Below, one piece after another: positions 35,885 through 48,472 of a stretch of DNA of 64,000 nucleotides. The notes below the pieces were generated by a model. That model was not told the origin of the DNA. It saw only the letters and a program-made list of their open reading frames with translations, and made no database searches. Each line of letters begins with the position of its first letter. The stretch's first letter is position 1. Origin of the DNA: Camelus dromedarius. Lineage: Eukaryota. The stretch spans positions 104,720,001 to 104,784,000 of the forward strand of contig NC_087436.1 in NCBI RefSeq assembly GCF_036321535.1. Reading direction: 5' to 3'. The position numbers and the translations under genes are program-made.

Positions 35885-36420
35885 CTGTATCAGTTAGGAT
35901 TACTTTTGGTTGCAAGCAATAGAGATCCAAAAAACCCAAAAAACAAACAAAACAACAAAAACAAAAACAGTGGCTTATGTAAGACAGCTATTTATTTCTT
36001 CCTCACATAAAAGTGGGAAGCCAGAAGTCCAGGGCTGGTATGATGCTTGGCCAAGCCCCTGGGACTCAGGTTCCTTCCAGCTCATTCTTTTAACTTCCTC
36101 GGGGCCACAAGCACCCCTGTGGTAACACGATCACAGCTAGCTCTCCAGACATCATATCCGTATTCCTGGTAGGTGGGTGGAAGAAGGCACAGGGGAAAAG
36201 ATACTCAACTATCTTTTAAGGGAAATTCCTAAAAGAGCCACGTGACAGTTTCACTTACCTCCCATTGGCCACAGTTTCATCACATGGCCACATGCAGCTG
36301 CAAATCAGACTGGGAAATGTAATCTTCATTTGGGATGGTCAGGGCCCACCTCAAAATCTGGGGCTCTGTTATTATGAAAATGGATGCAATTTTAGGGGGC
36401 TACCTACCAATCTCAACTAC
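35885..36420. mobile_element. MaLR LTR (MLT1K-like)
   Basis: TCAGTTAGGATT..TTTGGTTGCAAG.AA.AGA start; CATTGGCCA...TCACATGGCCACA..CAGCTGCAA..GACTGGGAAATGTA. Confidence 0.7.
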
Positions 36421-37471
36421 ACCTCCTTCCCACTAAACTGTCCAATGGAAGAGAAATGAACATTTTCTGTAACATGTGGTGCGTGATGGACTTTCCCAGC
36501 AGCTAAGTCACTTGGTCAAAAAAAGCGTTGAGGGATATGTAGGTGTGGGGCTTCTAACCCTGACCTGGCCACGCACAACGATACCTCGGACCAGTAACTA
36601 AACCTCCCATTTCTAATCAACAAGATAGGGATTGTGACCCCTGTGGGATGAGCCTGTGATAAGGATTAACCAAGAGGGCAAGTGAAGTTCCCGGCACGCG
36701 CTATGTGTCCAGGGCTTTGCCAAGCTGCTAAGCCTCTCTGAGCCTTAGAGTCCTCATCAATGAAATAAAGATCTGCTTTATAAGGTTGTAATGAGGATTG
36801 AGTGAGTGTTTAGCACTATACTTAGCTTTTAAGAAAACGTGACAGTTGCTGAATGGCATTATTTAGGCCTCTCAAAATTCCTATAAGATGTCAAAATATG
36901 ATTTTCAAAAAGTTAAAACCACGGCTCTTTTTAAAAAATGGCTCATAAAATATAGAATGAACACAAGTCAAACCTTAAAACTTGTTAAATACTGAGGGAA
37001 CCAGTGGGATGTCAAAACTGACTAAGACTATTTGAAGTATTTACAGGCAAGAGGGGAAAAGAAAGAAAAAGGATGTCAGAATAAGACCCATAGGTTAGGT
37101 AACAAAACTGGTTCATATTCTACACGGCAACAAAGTCATAGGTTATCTTTTCTACCAGGAAGAAATCATCTCCATCTTTACGGAAGCAAAATCAGCAAGT
37201 TAACGTGTAACAGTCTGCGTCTGGCCTCTATTCAATCATAACAAAGTCAAACGCAGGTATGTTCTCCTAGAGAAAAATAACCCTTGATGAGCCTGGAGGC
37301 CTCAGCAGTCGATTGGAAGGACGTGTAGTCATTTTCTTGCTTTATTTCCACATTTTGGAAAATTTTCCTTAACAGAGATAACTCTCAATTATTGAAGAGA
37401 TACTTGCTGGTTCCTTAATGCGCACCTGGAGGAGGACAAGAAATGACCCCTGGCCTCTAGGTTCTTCCTGT

Positions 37472-37474
<3 letters not shown>

Positions 37475-37506
<32 letters not shown>
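37475..37506 (+). repeat. (GT)16 microsatellite
   Basis: Read directly from the sequence. Confidence 0.95.
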
Positions 37507-37508
<2 letters not shown>

Positions 37509-39544
37509 TGGGTGAGGGGCGGGGAGGACAGGAGGGAGACCGAGCTTGACTTCACTCTGTGAACACAGAGTTGTCCATCCAACCCTCAGAAGACGTCCAG
37601 GGAGGCAGAAAGATGAGGAGTCAGGTTGGAAAAAGAGGAGAGGAACTTTCCAGGCCACAAGGTTCCTGCGAGATGGCCAGAGTCGGGGGTGGGGCCTGGC
37701 ACACGGAGGGAGCTGCAGGCCACTCAGTCTGGCCCTGGCAGCGAGCTCCTGTAGTTACAGCTGAGCAGTTAATGAACTTGTTCCAGCCCCTCGGGTGGTA
37801 GGCGGAGAACCGGGCTTGTGCGTCCACTCTCTTTCAAGGCACCACCTCTCCTCTCACGCTCTGTATAATCCGCCCTCGAGGGACCAAAGCTCTGCGCTTA
37901 GTCATTTGCACTTTGGCATTAATTTAAACCAGTCTGCGGCTTCTCCTGGGGCGGTTTGAATTTTGGGGCCTGTCCTTCTGAAGTGACATGGAAGGTGTTG
38001 ACCTGTGTTCAAGGAACCCCTGGCTTCCCTGGTGCTGGAGGGGAGGGCGCTTCCCCCTCCCCGAACCCCAGCAGCCCCGAGGGTTGAAGCTGTTGGAAGA
38101 TCAGTGATCAGAAAGAGACAGGAGCAGGGAGACCGCATGTCTGCTTTATCACCAGATGTCGGCTCCTCTCACAAGCCTGTTAGGTTTGATGAGAAAACGG
38201 CCTCTGGGCCCAAGGATGGAGGTAACATGATCCTCTGACGTATTCAGCCCTGTAAAATTGGCAGTGGTTTAATTGCCTGAGAAGCAGTTACTTCTAGACT
38301 CGCCCCGGCCTTTGCAAAGACTAAGATCGACGGTGAAGCCAGAGGGGGTGGAGGAGAGGAGGCCCAGCACCATAGCCCTCCACATTCCACACTTGAAATT
38401 GTTTCTTCAGGAAGTCCCTGATGCCTAGGGCTGGGAGAAGAGAGAAGTCTCACTTCAGCCGGCGTTTGAGTAATTCATAATCAGAGGCAACCACTCTGCC
38501 TCGCCACCTTCCACGCCAACCTGTTCAGATCCGGTGGGGCACCTGACTCTGCAAAGGAGCCTTGCCTGTGGCCACCCTCGCTGCTCACACAGCCTGTGCC
38601 TTCTGCCCCTCTGAGCTAAGTGGTGCCTCTTCCTTCCCCCCACCTTCCAAAACCCCTCAAGGTCCAGGTCTGCCCAGCCGAAGCCTTCCTTGGCTTCTCA
38701 CTTCCCCGAAGTCAGAACAGGATGGTTTCTGTCTTTCCCGCAGTCTTTTCCTCATCCATTCACTTAACAGATAAGAGTCAAGCACCTTGTTTCATGCCAG
38801 GCCCTGGGACTATAGCAATGAGTCAAATGACCGTAGTTTCCTGCTCTCATGGAGCTTAGGTCCTCGTGGAAAATCTGCTCTTCTTCCATCATGTAAGTGA
38901 GAACTGCGACCTTATGTTAAGCTCTTCATTTATTCAATCAACAGTTACTACTGAGTGCCTGCCATGTGCCAGGCACTGTTGCAGGTACTGGGGCTACCAC
39001 AGGGGAACAAAGAGACAAAGCCCTTGCCCCCTCAGAGCTACATTCTAAAACAGGTAGGATAGACCACGAGTAAATAAATATGTCAGAGAGTCAGTGATTT
39101 GGATAACGAGTTAAAAGGGGATGGTAGGGTGGATGGTGCTCGTTTAGATACACTGGTCACGGACGCTCTCTCTAGTGCAGTGGCATCTGAGCAAAGACCT
39201 GATGGAAGCAAGGGCCAAGGGGATGGGTGAGCATAACGCATGTCTACACAGCTTCCAAGAAGCCGGCACAAGTCTTGGTATTGATCCTCCCAGCCATTCT
39301 CTGAGATGGGGTTGGGCAGCTTCCATGAGCTTGTCTTATGGATGGAGAAACTGGGTTTCAGAAAGATGATCAGACATGAAAGAAAGGAGTCTGAAGCCCT
39401 CTGTGGGGAAGCTGTTTCAGAGAGCCTTGGTGTCAGCGGGTCCAAAGCACTTAACACAATGGCTTGGTTTCCTTTCTCAGCTCACCATCAGCTGAGGATG
39501 GCGCTGCTCAGGGTCCTGGCGAAATGCTGGACCTCTGCTCCTGG

Positions 39545-39962
39545 TGTGGGTCTCAGGTCTGTTCCAGTACCAGCACACGTGACCTTATTTGGAAATAGGG
39601 TCTTTGCAGATGTAATCAAGTTACGATGAGGGTGGACCTAGTCCAAGATGACTGATGTCCGTATAAGAAGAGAAGAAGAGACATGCAAACAGAGACAAAC
39701 AGCATCAATTCCCGTGTGACCACAAGGTAGAGACTGAAGTGATATGTCCACGAGCCAAGGGACAGCAAGGATTACTGGCCACCAGAACCAAGGAGGAAAG
39801 CTTGGAACAGATTCTCCCTGGAGCCTTCAGAGAGAGCGTGGTCTTGCTAACACCTTGATTTTGGACTTCTGGCCTCCAGAACTGTGAGAGAATAAATTTC
39901 TGTTATTTTAAGCCACCAACTTGGTGGTACTTTGTCACAACAGCCACAGGAAACTAATATAG
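39545..39962 (+). mobile_element. MLT1C/D-like MaLR LTR
   Basis: GTGACCTTATTTGGAAATAGGGTCTTTGCAGATGTAATCAAG...CACCTTGATTTTGGACTTCTGGCCTCCAGAACTGTGAGAGAATAAATTTCTG...GGAAACTAATA. Confidence 0.9.
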
Positions 39963-41469
39963 GTGACACCATAGGTCTTTGGAAGAGCTGAGTACTTAGA
40001 CAGGAACCAGAGACTTGTGCCCTGGTACCAGATCAGATCCTTAGGGATTTGCTGGTGCCTGCAATTCTGGAACCAGATGATGGAATCCTTGGGGGCTAGT
40101 TTGGAAGTGATGAGAAAAAAACCAGAGAAAGCTCTAGTTTAATCCTCCACCACAGCCCTTGCAACCCATGACTTTAGCCCTAAGTACGGGGGCTGAGTAC
40201 AGGGGCTGCCACAGACTTCCCAGCTCAGAGAAAGTGAGAGTTCACCAGCTTTTTTGGACCGTATGCCAGTACTCACGAAGCCGTCTGTTTAAATAAGGAT
40301 GAAATCGGAGGCACGGGCCTTCACTGGCGCTTACCGGAAACCCAGATTGTAAAATGTGAAGGAGAAGGAATCAGAACGATCTGGCCAGGGTTTGGGCCAA
40401 CATTCCAGAGGACTGATTCAAGACAGGGAAGAGACTCCTGGGCCCCCAGCAGTCTCCAAGCTCTCGGTAAAAATATCAACACAGGCTAAAATGAAATCGC
40501 ATGGGTGGATACAGAAACATTTACCCGTGGAGACCGAGAATTACAGCATCTTGGGAGTGGGAAGGACCTTAAGAGTCACCCCATATTGTACAGCTGTTGG
40601 AAGCAAGGGCTTTGGAGACAGTCAGGTTTGGGTTCAAGTCCACCTTCTTGACACTGAGGAGTGACAGTTCCAAGCTCTGTGACTCTGGGCTTCTCTCCTG
40701 TAAAACGGGGACAAGGTACCAACATCCTGGGCTCTAAAGATGCTTGCAAAGCACTTCTTGCAGGGCCCGGCTTATCACAAATGCTGAGAGAGTGGCAGCT
40801 CTTGTTATTGGGTTGTTGCTATTTAATCCAACCCCCCAGCAATGCCAGGTTCCCCTTGATGAAGGGCCCTCCTGCCTATTTTCAAGTGTCTCCAGCCCAT
40901 GCCTCTCCAAATACCTCTATTAGAACTTTCTTTGCTACAATGAGGTAGGTTTCTTGTAAGGAAGCATCCCTTGGCTGAACTGTGCTTTGTGTTTACAGAC
41001 AGGCAGTGGCATCAAATGGTGAATCAAGGCCTGGGCCCCAGACCACATTCAAATCCTACCTCTCCCACTAGGGAGCTTTTTGCCTTTGAGCAAATTACTC
41101 AACTGGTCAGCTAACTCATGGTCACAATGGTTAAAGAACCCTTTTCAGTATGGTTACACAGTGCTTTTATATCCATTTCTGTGCCTCTCAGCTTTCTCAG
41201 CTGGGAGATGATGATGACGACAATGGTGCCTACCCTCTATGGCTGTCATAAGATTAAATTGGGTAACATTCATAAGGCACTTAGAAGACAGATGCATATA
41301 GCAGGTCCTCAATAATTAGCTGTTGCTGATGTAACTTCCATCCCTTGATTTAATCCTATCATGTCCCTCCCCAAGTTTGTTTCTGTTTTTAACCTTAATA
41401 AACTACATCTCAATCAGCTCAACCCAGCAAAACACCAGTCTCAGCCCTGGAATCACTCACCCAGGACCC

Positions 41470-41575
41470 CACACTTGGTTTTCTGACCTGCGGTCTCCAT
41501 CTAGACGTTCTTAATAATTTTTGAACAAGGGGCCCCACAATTTCATTTTGCACTGGGGCCCGGAAGCTCTGTAGC
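41470..41575. mobile_element. hAT-Tip100 MITE (MER45/MER91-like)
   Basis: TTCTTAATAATTTTTGAACAAGGGGCCCCACAATTTCATTTTGCACTGGGGCCC motif. Confidence 0.65.
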
Positions 41576-44500
41576 TGCTCCTGCCTGGAATATTGGCCCT
41601 GCCTGCTTCTTGGCTTCATGCAGAAGCAGAAGCAGGCAGGGCGGCCGTCAGCTGAGCCTGGTTCTCCCCCTTATGCCGGCGGTCGCTACATGTAGCAGGG
41701 TTGTGAGTTGAGGGCTTGGTTGCACAGCACACTTCCTGTCTTCTCTCCTCATTCACCACTCCCTTCCCCATCCTTTGGTCTCCACCTCCCCTTCCAACTC
41801 TCCCTGCTTCTTCTTGGCAGCCAAGCTCGGCACCTTTTGCCCATGCGCAGATCAGCTGCACCGGGCACACCCTCTCCTCCAGAGGCGTGTCCCTCCTTTC
41901 CCCACAGTGATGGTAGAAGCGCCCTACGTTTGTGGGCTTGCAGTGGTGAAAATGAATACTGTCTTTGACAGAGTGGAAATCACAGTGGACTTTCTAAACC
42001 CACAAAGATTATAGAGTCAGAATTCTGGTTTCCTAGCCTGGAGGTGGAGTGTGAGAGTTAGCAAAGAGTTCCTGGCAGGGAGGATGCTGGGGTGAAGGAT
42101 TGGTAGGCATCAGGCTTTGCTCCCAGTCGAGGAAATCAGGAATGACCTATTATCACCATTAAACTGGAGAGTTTGCCCACCTGTCATTTGCCCAGGGTCA
42201 GTTGCTGTCCTGCTTCTCTGGTCTCTAAGAAGATATGAAAACTGGGTTTGTTCTCAGCAAACATGGTGGCCAGCAGGAATTTTCGGTCCTACCTGCCACA
42301 TGAGGAAATCTGCAGGGGAGGCAAGGGGACTGAAGATGAGATGGGGCAGCATGTGCTTTAAGATGTAGAAAAAGAGCTAAGGGATCTGAGCTTGGAGAAG
42401 ACTCACAGCCACCAAATGTTTCCCCTGGAAGAAAGACACGGGCGAGACCGTGGGGTAAAAGCAGCCTGCGTCTCTAAGGCAGAGCCATGGAGGGAAGGAA
42501 ACGCCTCGGCTGCCAGGAAGAGAGCGGGCAGCCCCAGCTCTGCCTTGGGCCTGGGCCCTGGGGGATCCTTGAGGCTGGGGCTCAGGCTTAGTAAAGGGAA
42601 AAATAAGGCCTCGGAATTCCATTCATGCTGCTTAAATGTAAGGCCCCAGGGCTCTGTAATCAGGCAGGAGCCTGACTCCTCAGAATGGCAGATGGGGCAC
42701 TGGGATCCTCCTCCCAGTTCATACTGAGTGAACTGGCTTTCGTCTCTGAACCGCACAGGGGCAAAGCCTCCTACAGTTTCTCCCAGTAACCAGAGACTCC
42801 CAGTGCAGGCTGGGGTCAACCTTGAGGGCATCTCCGGAAGATAGTGGAAGGGCAGGGACGTTGTGGACTCCTGGGGCTTCTCCAACCACTGCAGTCTGCT
42901 CCCGACTCGGAGCACTGAGGCCTGGAGCAGGGCTCTGTGCCTTAGTGACAGTCTGCAAAGCTGCTGCCTCCTTCTTCTCTGTTGCTTCTCCGGAGCCCAG
43001 ACATTTCCCCAGCACAGGCTCTAAGAGACAGGAAGGCCTGTTGCTGCTAGAATGTTTACTTAGCCCCAAGGCCTGGCCACTGCAGACTGCCAGAAAGGCA
43101 GCTGGACTAACCACACCACACCCAGGGATGTGAAACAAGGACCTGATCCAGCAGGAGGCTTGGGTGGGTGGGAGGTGCAGGGCGGCCTCATCCCTTAAGG
43201 TCATTCCTCAGGCTAGGGCTTTAAGTTGGCAAACTCCATCTGGGGTTTGGGAATGAAACCCTACCCTGCAGGGCAGGTGGGTCCACGAGGAGAACCCCCG
43301 CCCCTGCGGCAGGTGTTAGGGTGGCGGCAAGAAGAGACTGCGCTTGGCCATGGGGACACAAGTTTGAGCCCTCACCTTGCCACCCGCTTCCCAGCAGAGT
43401 GCAGACGTGTCACTTCCCCTCTCTTGGCCTGGTTCCTCATTTCTAACTCGGAGGGGCTGGAGCCGTCTCCTAAGGGAGCTTCCAGCGCTGAGTTTTTGAT
43501 CATTTGAATTTACGCTGTCCTGAGCTGGCTTTGCAGAGCACATGTGGGGAATGAGGAAGCGGTAGAGAGCTGACTGGTGATTTCCCCGGAGAGTCTGGGG
43601 CCGTCAGGGAAGCTCCCTCCAAGGTAGGCAGCCCGGGCCCCACATGGCAGCTGGCCGCGTATGTTTAGCTGAAATTCTGTAGAGGGGAGCAAGAGGGGCT
43701 CATTAGATTTACCTGTGTCAATCGGTGCCTTTCGTAGCTGAGCGTCCTGGGGAGGGGAGGGCTAGGAAGGCAGCTCATGCAGGGAGGAAGCCCTGCGTTT
43801 GAAGACCAGGCTGACCTAAAATGAGGCTGTAGAAGCATATTTAACGGCACAGAAAAATGTTCAGTGATAAAGTGGAAAAAAGCAGGTTATTAAAAGCAGC
43901 CTATGTAGGACAGCTCTCCTTCATGGGGAGAAATATTCCCTCTAAATATAAACACACACACACACACACATATACAGAAGGAAAGGCCCTAAAATGCAAG
44001 GAGTGATTATCTCAGAGTGCTGGGATTTCTTGTGGCTTTTACTTTCTTCCTTTGTGTTCTTCTATATTTTCTAAGCTTTTTTGTAACCATTAAATAATAG
44101 GTTTTTTGTTTTTTTTTTTTTCCACAGGAAGCTGGGGGTACTAACCCTGTCAAATACATTGGCGTCAGGTACACAGGCTTCTCCCAGAAAAGATCCTGCC
44201 CACAGCCTGGCTGAGGGTCAGTTTCTAGGTGGCCACATCTTAATGTATACAAACCCATGGCGGCTTCAGAATTCCATGACTTAGCGGGACACTCTGATTG
44301 GCAAGAAGTTGAAATTACACTTAAAATAAAATTGAGAAAGCGTCAATTGCCCATAGAAAAGACTGCTGTGTCTTCTCCCTCCTCCAGCACAGCTGATTGG
44401 ACCAGCTGTGATCAGCTGACCCAAGCACACCCAATCCATGGGCCGGCTAGCGCTTTATGCAAAATAGATGAGCTGGGCCATCAGATTCCCTCCTGTGGGA

Positions 44501-44729
44501 TTTGAACTGAGAAATTAGAAGAGGGAGGCAGTTAGCAGTGGGAATAGTGAGTGAAAGATGTAAAGAGACAGCACGTGGTAGAGCGAGGGCTGTGAGGGGT
44601 TACAGATGATGCAAGCTATGAGAAAGTAGAAATGACTATTAAAATGTGCAAGCAAAAGACGTGAAAAAGTAGAGCTATGAAGTTTTTTAAAAAAGGTTGC
44701 AAAGATGAGAAGAAAGGATAAGCCAAATG

Positions 44730-45190
44730 GTAACAAGAAGAGAGCAGAGTTGCCGCGAATTCCCTCGGAAGCAGACGCCGGGACAAGGATTTGAGCACAA
44801 ATTTGCACTCAGAATATTTGGGCAGTGGTCCCAGGAAACTCCAGCAGATGAGTGGGGAAGGGATACGGGCGAGGAAGGGAGGCCCATAAACGGTGCACTA
44901 TCAAGCTAGCCACAGACACGGGCGTCTGAAGCTTCATCCGGGGAGGGGGAGTTGGAATATGCACACCTCAGAGTTATCCCTGGCTGGGAGGTAAGGGGAT
45001 CAGGGCGTCTATACAACTACACCCAGGGAATTTGATTTTCTAGCACTCTGACCTACTGCTTGCGGAAAGAGCTGCCTTCCGTGGCTCTGGAAAGAAATTC
45101 CATAGGCACAGAGACACAGATACTGGCAGCTGTAATGATCAGAGGCACACTGCAAGGTCTGAGGGCTCTGGGGAGGGTCCTGGGGGTGTC
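44730..45190 (-). mobile_element. LTR16-like remnant
   Basis: GGAAGCAGAC.C.G.GACAAGGATTTGAG..CAA..ATTTGGG.AGTG.TCCCAGGAA pattern; a related copy lies at ~62195-62580. Confidence 0.6.
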
Positions 45191-46264
45191 CGCCTCACCG
45201 GGAGAGGAGTGACAGACAGACAGATGGATGCTGCAGCCTGTGTGAGAGAGATGATGAGGAAATAGTCAGCCCTGTGAGCTCTTCATTTTTTTCTTTTTGT
45301 AGCTGCCTGGTTCTTGAGCTTCATTGCAGCAAGCCCCTGAGATCTGAGCTGACCAGAGTCAGCCTGACTAAGAGACTGACAGGGAATAAGGGGTCCCTCC
45401 TCTTCTCCAAGATACCACGCTTCCCTGGCCTCCATCAAGGAGAGGTCCTGTTTTGTCTGAGGTGTAGGAGCTGTAAAAGATTGTCACCTTGGATTGAGTC
45501 TCTGATAGTAGAGTTTGGGTTACTACATAACCCCTCATTCCCTCCTTGAATTCCCAGTGATTATGCTGAGAAATTATTCAGAAGTCCCCCAGGTATGGGT
45601 TGAGCAGCCCTAAAAGCTTCCTATGCTTGTTTTCTGTTCACGCTGCATCATGACCTCACCGGACAAATGTAATCAAGTCTGCTGGGCTTTGTAGACATGA
45701 CAGGACCTACAGTCTAGCTCCGGGTGGACACAGACCCTAGAAATTCCCTCACAACAGGGCAAGTGTTAAAATGGAACTGTGCTCACAATGGCAGGGAGCC
45801 GCCAGGCAGAAGAAGTGAATTCTGCTTATGGCAGTTAAAAAAGGCTTCATAAAGAAAGTGGCTTTTGGGCTGGGTCTTGAGGGATGAGTAGAAGTTCACT
45901 GGGGAGACAGAGGAAGGGAGACCAATTCAGGCAGGGAGCAGGGCCAAACAGAAGCACTGAGCGAGGGAAGAACCTGGCTGGTTTGGAGAATGGATACAGC
46001 AAAGGCTAAAAGACTGGAAAAGCTCCCATGCCGATTGTGAAGGGCTTTTCATGTCAGGTTGAGCATCGGTTTTATTCAGTGACCGCTGGGGGCCCACAGA
46101 AAGCTGTCCATGGGAACTATTAAAAAGCGGAAGCTCTGGGAGGGTAACAATCATCAGTTCTTTGAGACAATGAATGCGTCAGATCACTTTCCCACCAGAA
46201 AGCCAGATAAACCAGGATGCTGGGCAAACACAAGAACCGAATTTATTTTCTAATACTTAACTAA

Positions 46265-46500
46265 TGTTATAAAATTAACTGAGGCATATTACAAATTATC
46301 AGAGTTTATCTGAGCAAAAATCTATTTGAATTGGGCAACATCCAAACTAGCAGACAGAAAGGAGCTCTTAGGAGCTGGACAAAAGGAAAGACTTTTTATA
46401 GGCAGAAGGGAGGAAAAACAAAGTTAACTAGGCAAAACAACAAGATTACTTCCTTTAGGCAAAAGCAGCAGAAGCTGGGAATAGGCAAGGAAAGAGTCTT
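46265..46500 (-). mobile_element. ERV LTR fragment
   Basis: Terminal TGTTATAAAATTAACTGAGGCATATT..AGAGTTTAT.TGAGCAAAAATC and 'ACTTTTTATAGGCAG' (reverse TATA) typical of a reversed laurasiatherian ERV LTR; abuts an MLT1 3' fragment (~46500-46640). Confidence 0.55.
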
Positions 46501-46691
46501 TTGTGTCCTTCAGAGAGCACAGCCCTGCTGATACCTGCATTTCAGAATTCTAGTCTCCAGAACGGTGAGAGAATAATGTCTGTTGTTTTAAGCCACTTAG
46601 TTTGTGGAATTTGTTACAGCGACTCCAGGAACTAATACACCATTTACATGATGAAAGATTCCTGAACAGAATCAAAAAGAAGAGGGATGCT

Positions 46692-46826
46692 GGGGAGAGC
46701 GTACAGCTTAGTGGCAGAGCATTTGCTCAGCCTGCATGAGATCCTGGGTTCAATCCCCAGTACCGCCATTAAAAAAAATCAATTAAAAATAAATACATAA
46801 AATTAATGATACAAAACAAACAAAAT
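46692..46826 (+). mobile_element. tRNA-Ala-derived SINE (camelid vic-1 type)
   Basis: tRNA-like head with A/B boxes (..AGCTTAGTGGCAGAG..GGTTCAATCC), A-rich tail, TSD GAAGAGGGATG at 46679-46689 and 46827-46837. Confidence 0.85.
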
Positions 46827-48098
46827 GAAGAGGGATGAACAAAGAGAGGCCTGCACTGTTCTGCAAGAGGAAAGGGAAACAGGAAAAGTGGAGGTGGGGG
46901 TGGAAGGAACCCAGGGAGAGAAAAGGCCTGCAGGAAATAGTGTGTGAGAGGAATATACGCCAAGGGTGGAACTCCCACTGGTGGGAGATTGCAGAGGGGC
47001 TTTGAGAAAAGCATGTTTAATGTGTTTGCTGAATTTTAGGATGGCAGAAGTGAGAGTTCCACTCCCTTCTTGTACCAAAAATCACCTTCAAACGACAGGA
47101 AATACTTGCCTAGCCCCTTAAATCACCCATAAGCAAAACCTACTAATGGGCAAGTGGCCTTGCCTCACTTTTCAGAGATCCTAATCATCTTTGAGTTTCC
47201 AATCAGCTCTGAGATTCTCAATCTTAAGTAAAAGCAGGTTATCAAGGATCATCAGAACATTCAGAGGAAAAGGGGAAAAAGAAGCTAGAGGAAATTAAAA
47301 ATACGAGAACCAAAATCTAAAATGAGTTTTTTAAATTGTAAGAGAAAGTCAAATATGTTTATCAGAAAGTAAAAAAAGGGCAAGATGATAAACAGAAGGA
47401 AAACGTTTTTAAAAGTAGGAAACTCACCCATTAGAAGGATCATCTTCTAATGAATAAGAATTCCAGATAAAGAGAAAATGGTGAATACAGTATAGTGAAA
47501 ATTACTGAGGAAGTGATACAAGAAAGTTTCCCCAAACTGAAGTACACTCCCTAAACTAATAAGCTTCCTGATTAAAAGGACCCCCAGAATGACCAACACA
47601 ATGAATACAGATAAATATATCTTTGTGAAATGGCAAAACACCAAAATACTAAAAGCCTCCTAAAAGAGAGATGGAGGCAGGGAAAGGGACATACACAAAA
47701 GATGAGGACTAAAGATGGCATTTGACAGCAACACTAGGAACTTAAACATAATAGGGCACATCTTCAGAACTGAAAAAAAAAAAAAAAAAGAATTTTCAAC
47801 CTAGAATTCTATACCCAGCCAAATCAGCAAGTGTGAACTTACATACATAAAGACATTTTCAGACATCCGATGTCTCACAAAAATTATCTCCATGTACCTT
47901 ATGTCAGGAAACTACTGGAAGATATCTCTTAGTCACAATGAGGACATAAACAAAAAAGAGGAAAATCAGTAAGTGAGATTCACAGGAGAGAGGCAAAGGG
48001 GATCACTGGGAAGATGGAGAAGACAGATCCCAGGTCTGCAGTTGGGCAATTGGTTTAAGGGACAGGAGGTCAGAGGGTATCTGAGAAGAAGGGTGTAG

Positions 48099-48472
48099 TG
48101 TTATGGACTGAGTGTTTATGTTCCCCCCAAAATTCATCTGTTGGAATCCTAACTCCCAATGTGATGGTATTGGGATGTGGGCCCTTTTGGCAGGTAATTA
48201 AATCCTGAGGGTGAATCCCCCACAAATGGGATTAGTGCCCGTATAAGCAGGCATGAGCACTTGCTTTCCTTTTCTCTCTGCTTTCTGCCACGTGAGGGCA
48301 CAATGAGAAGACAGCCATCCGTAGGCCAGGAAGCAGGATCTCACCAGACCCAGATCTGCTGGCCCCCTAGTGGTGGCCTTCCCAGCCTCCAGAGCTATGA
48401 CACATAAATGTTTGTTGTTTAAGACACCCAGTCTGTGGTAATTTGTTATGGCAGCTCAGACTGACTAGGACT
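48099..48472 (+). mobile_element. MST/MLT1A-like MaLR LTR inserted in L1M
   Basis: TGTTATGGACTGA.TGTTTATGT.CCCCCAAAATTCAT.TGTTG.AATCCTAAC start; GCAGCTCAGACTGACTAGGAC end. Confidence 0.85.
48360..48373 (-). promoter_or_regulatory. CTCF motif within MaLR LTR
   Basis: Minus strand CCACTAGGGGGCCA; the first 12 positions match the CTCF core CCASYAGRKGGC exactly. Confidence 0.55.
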
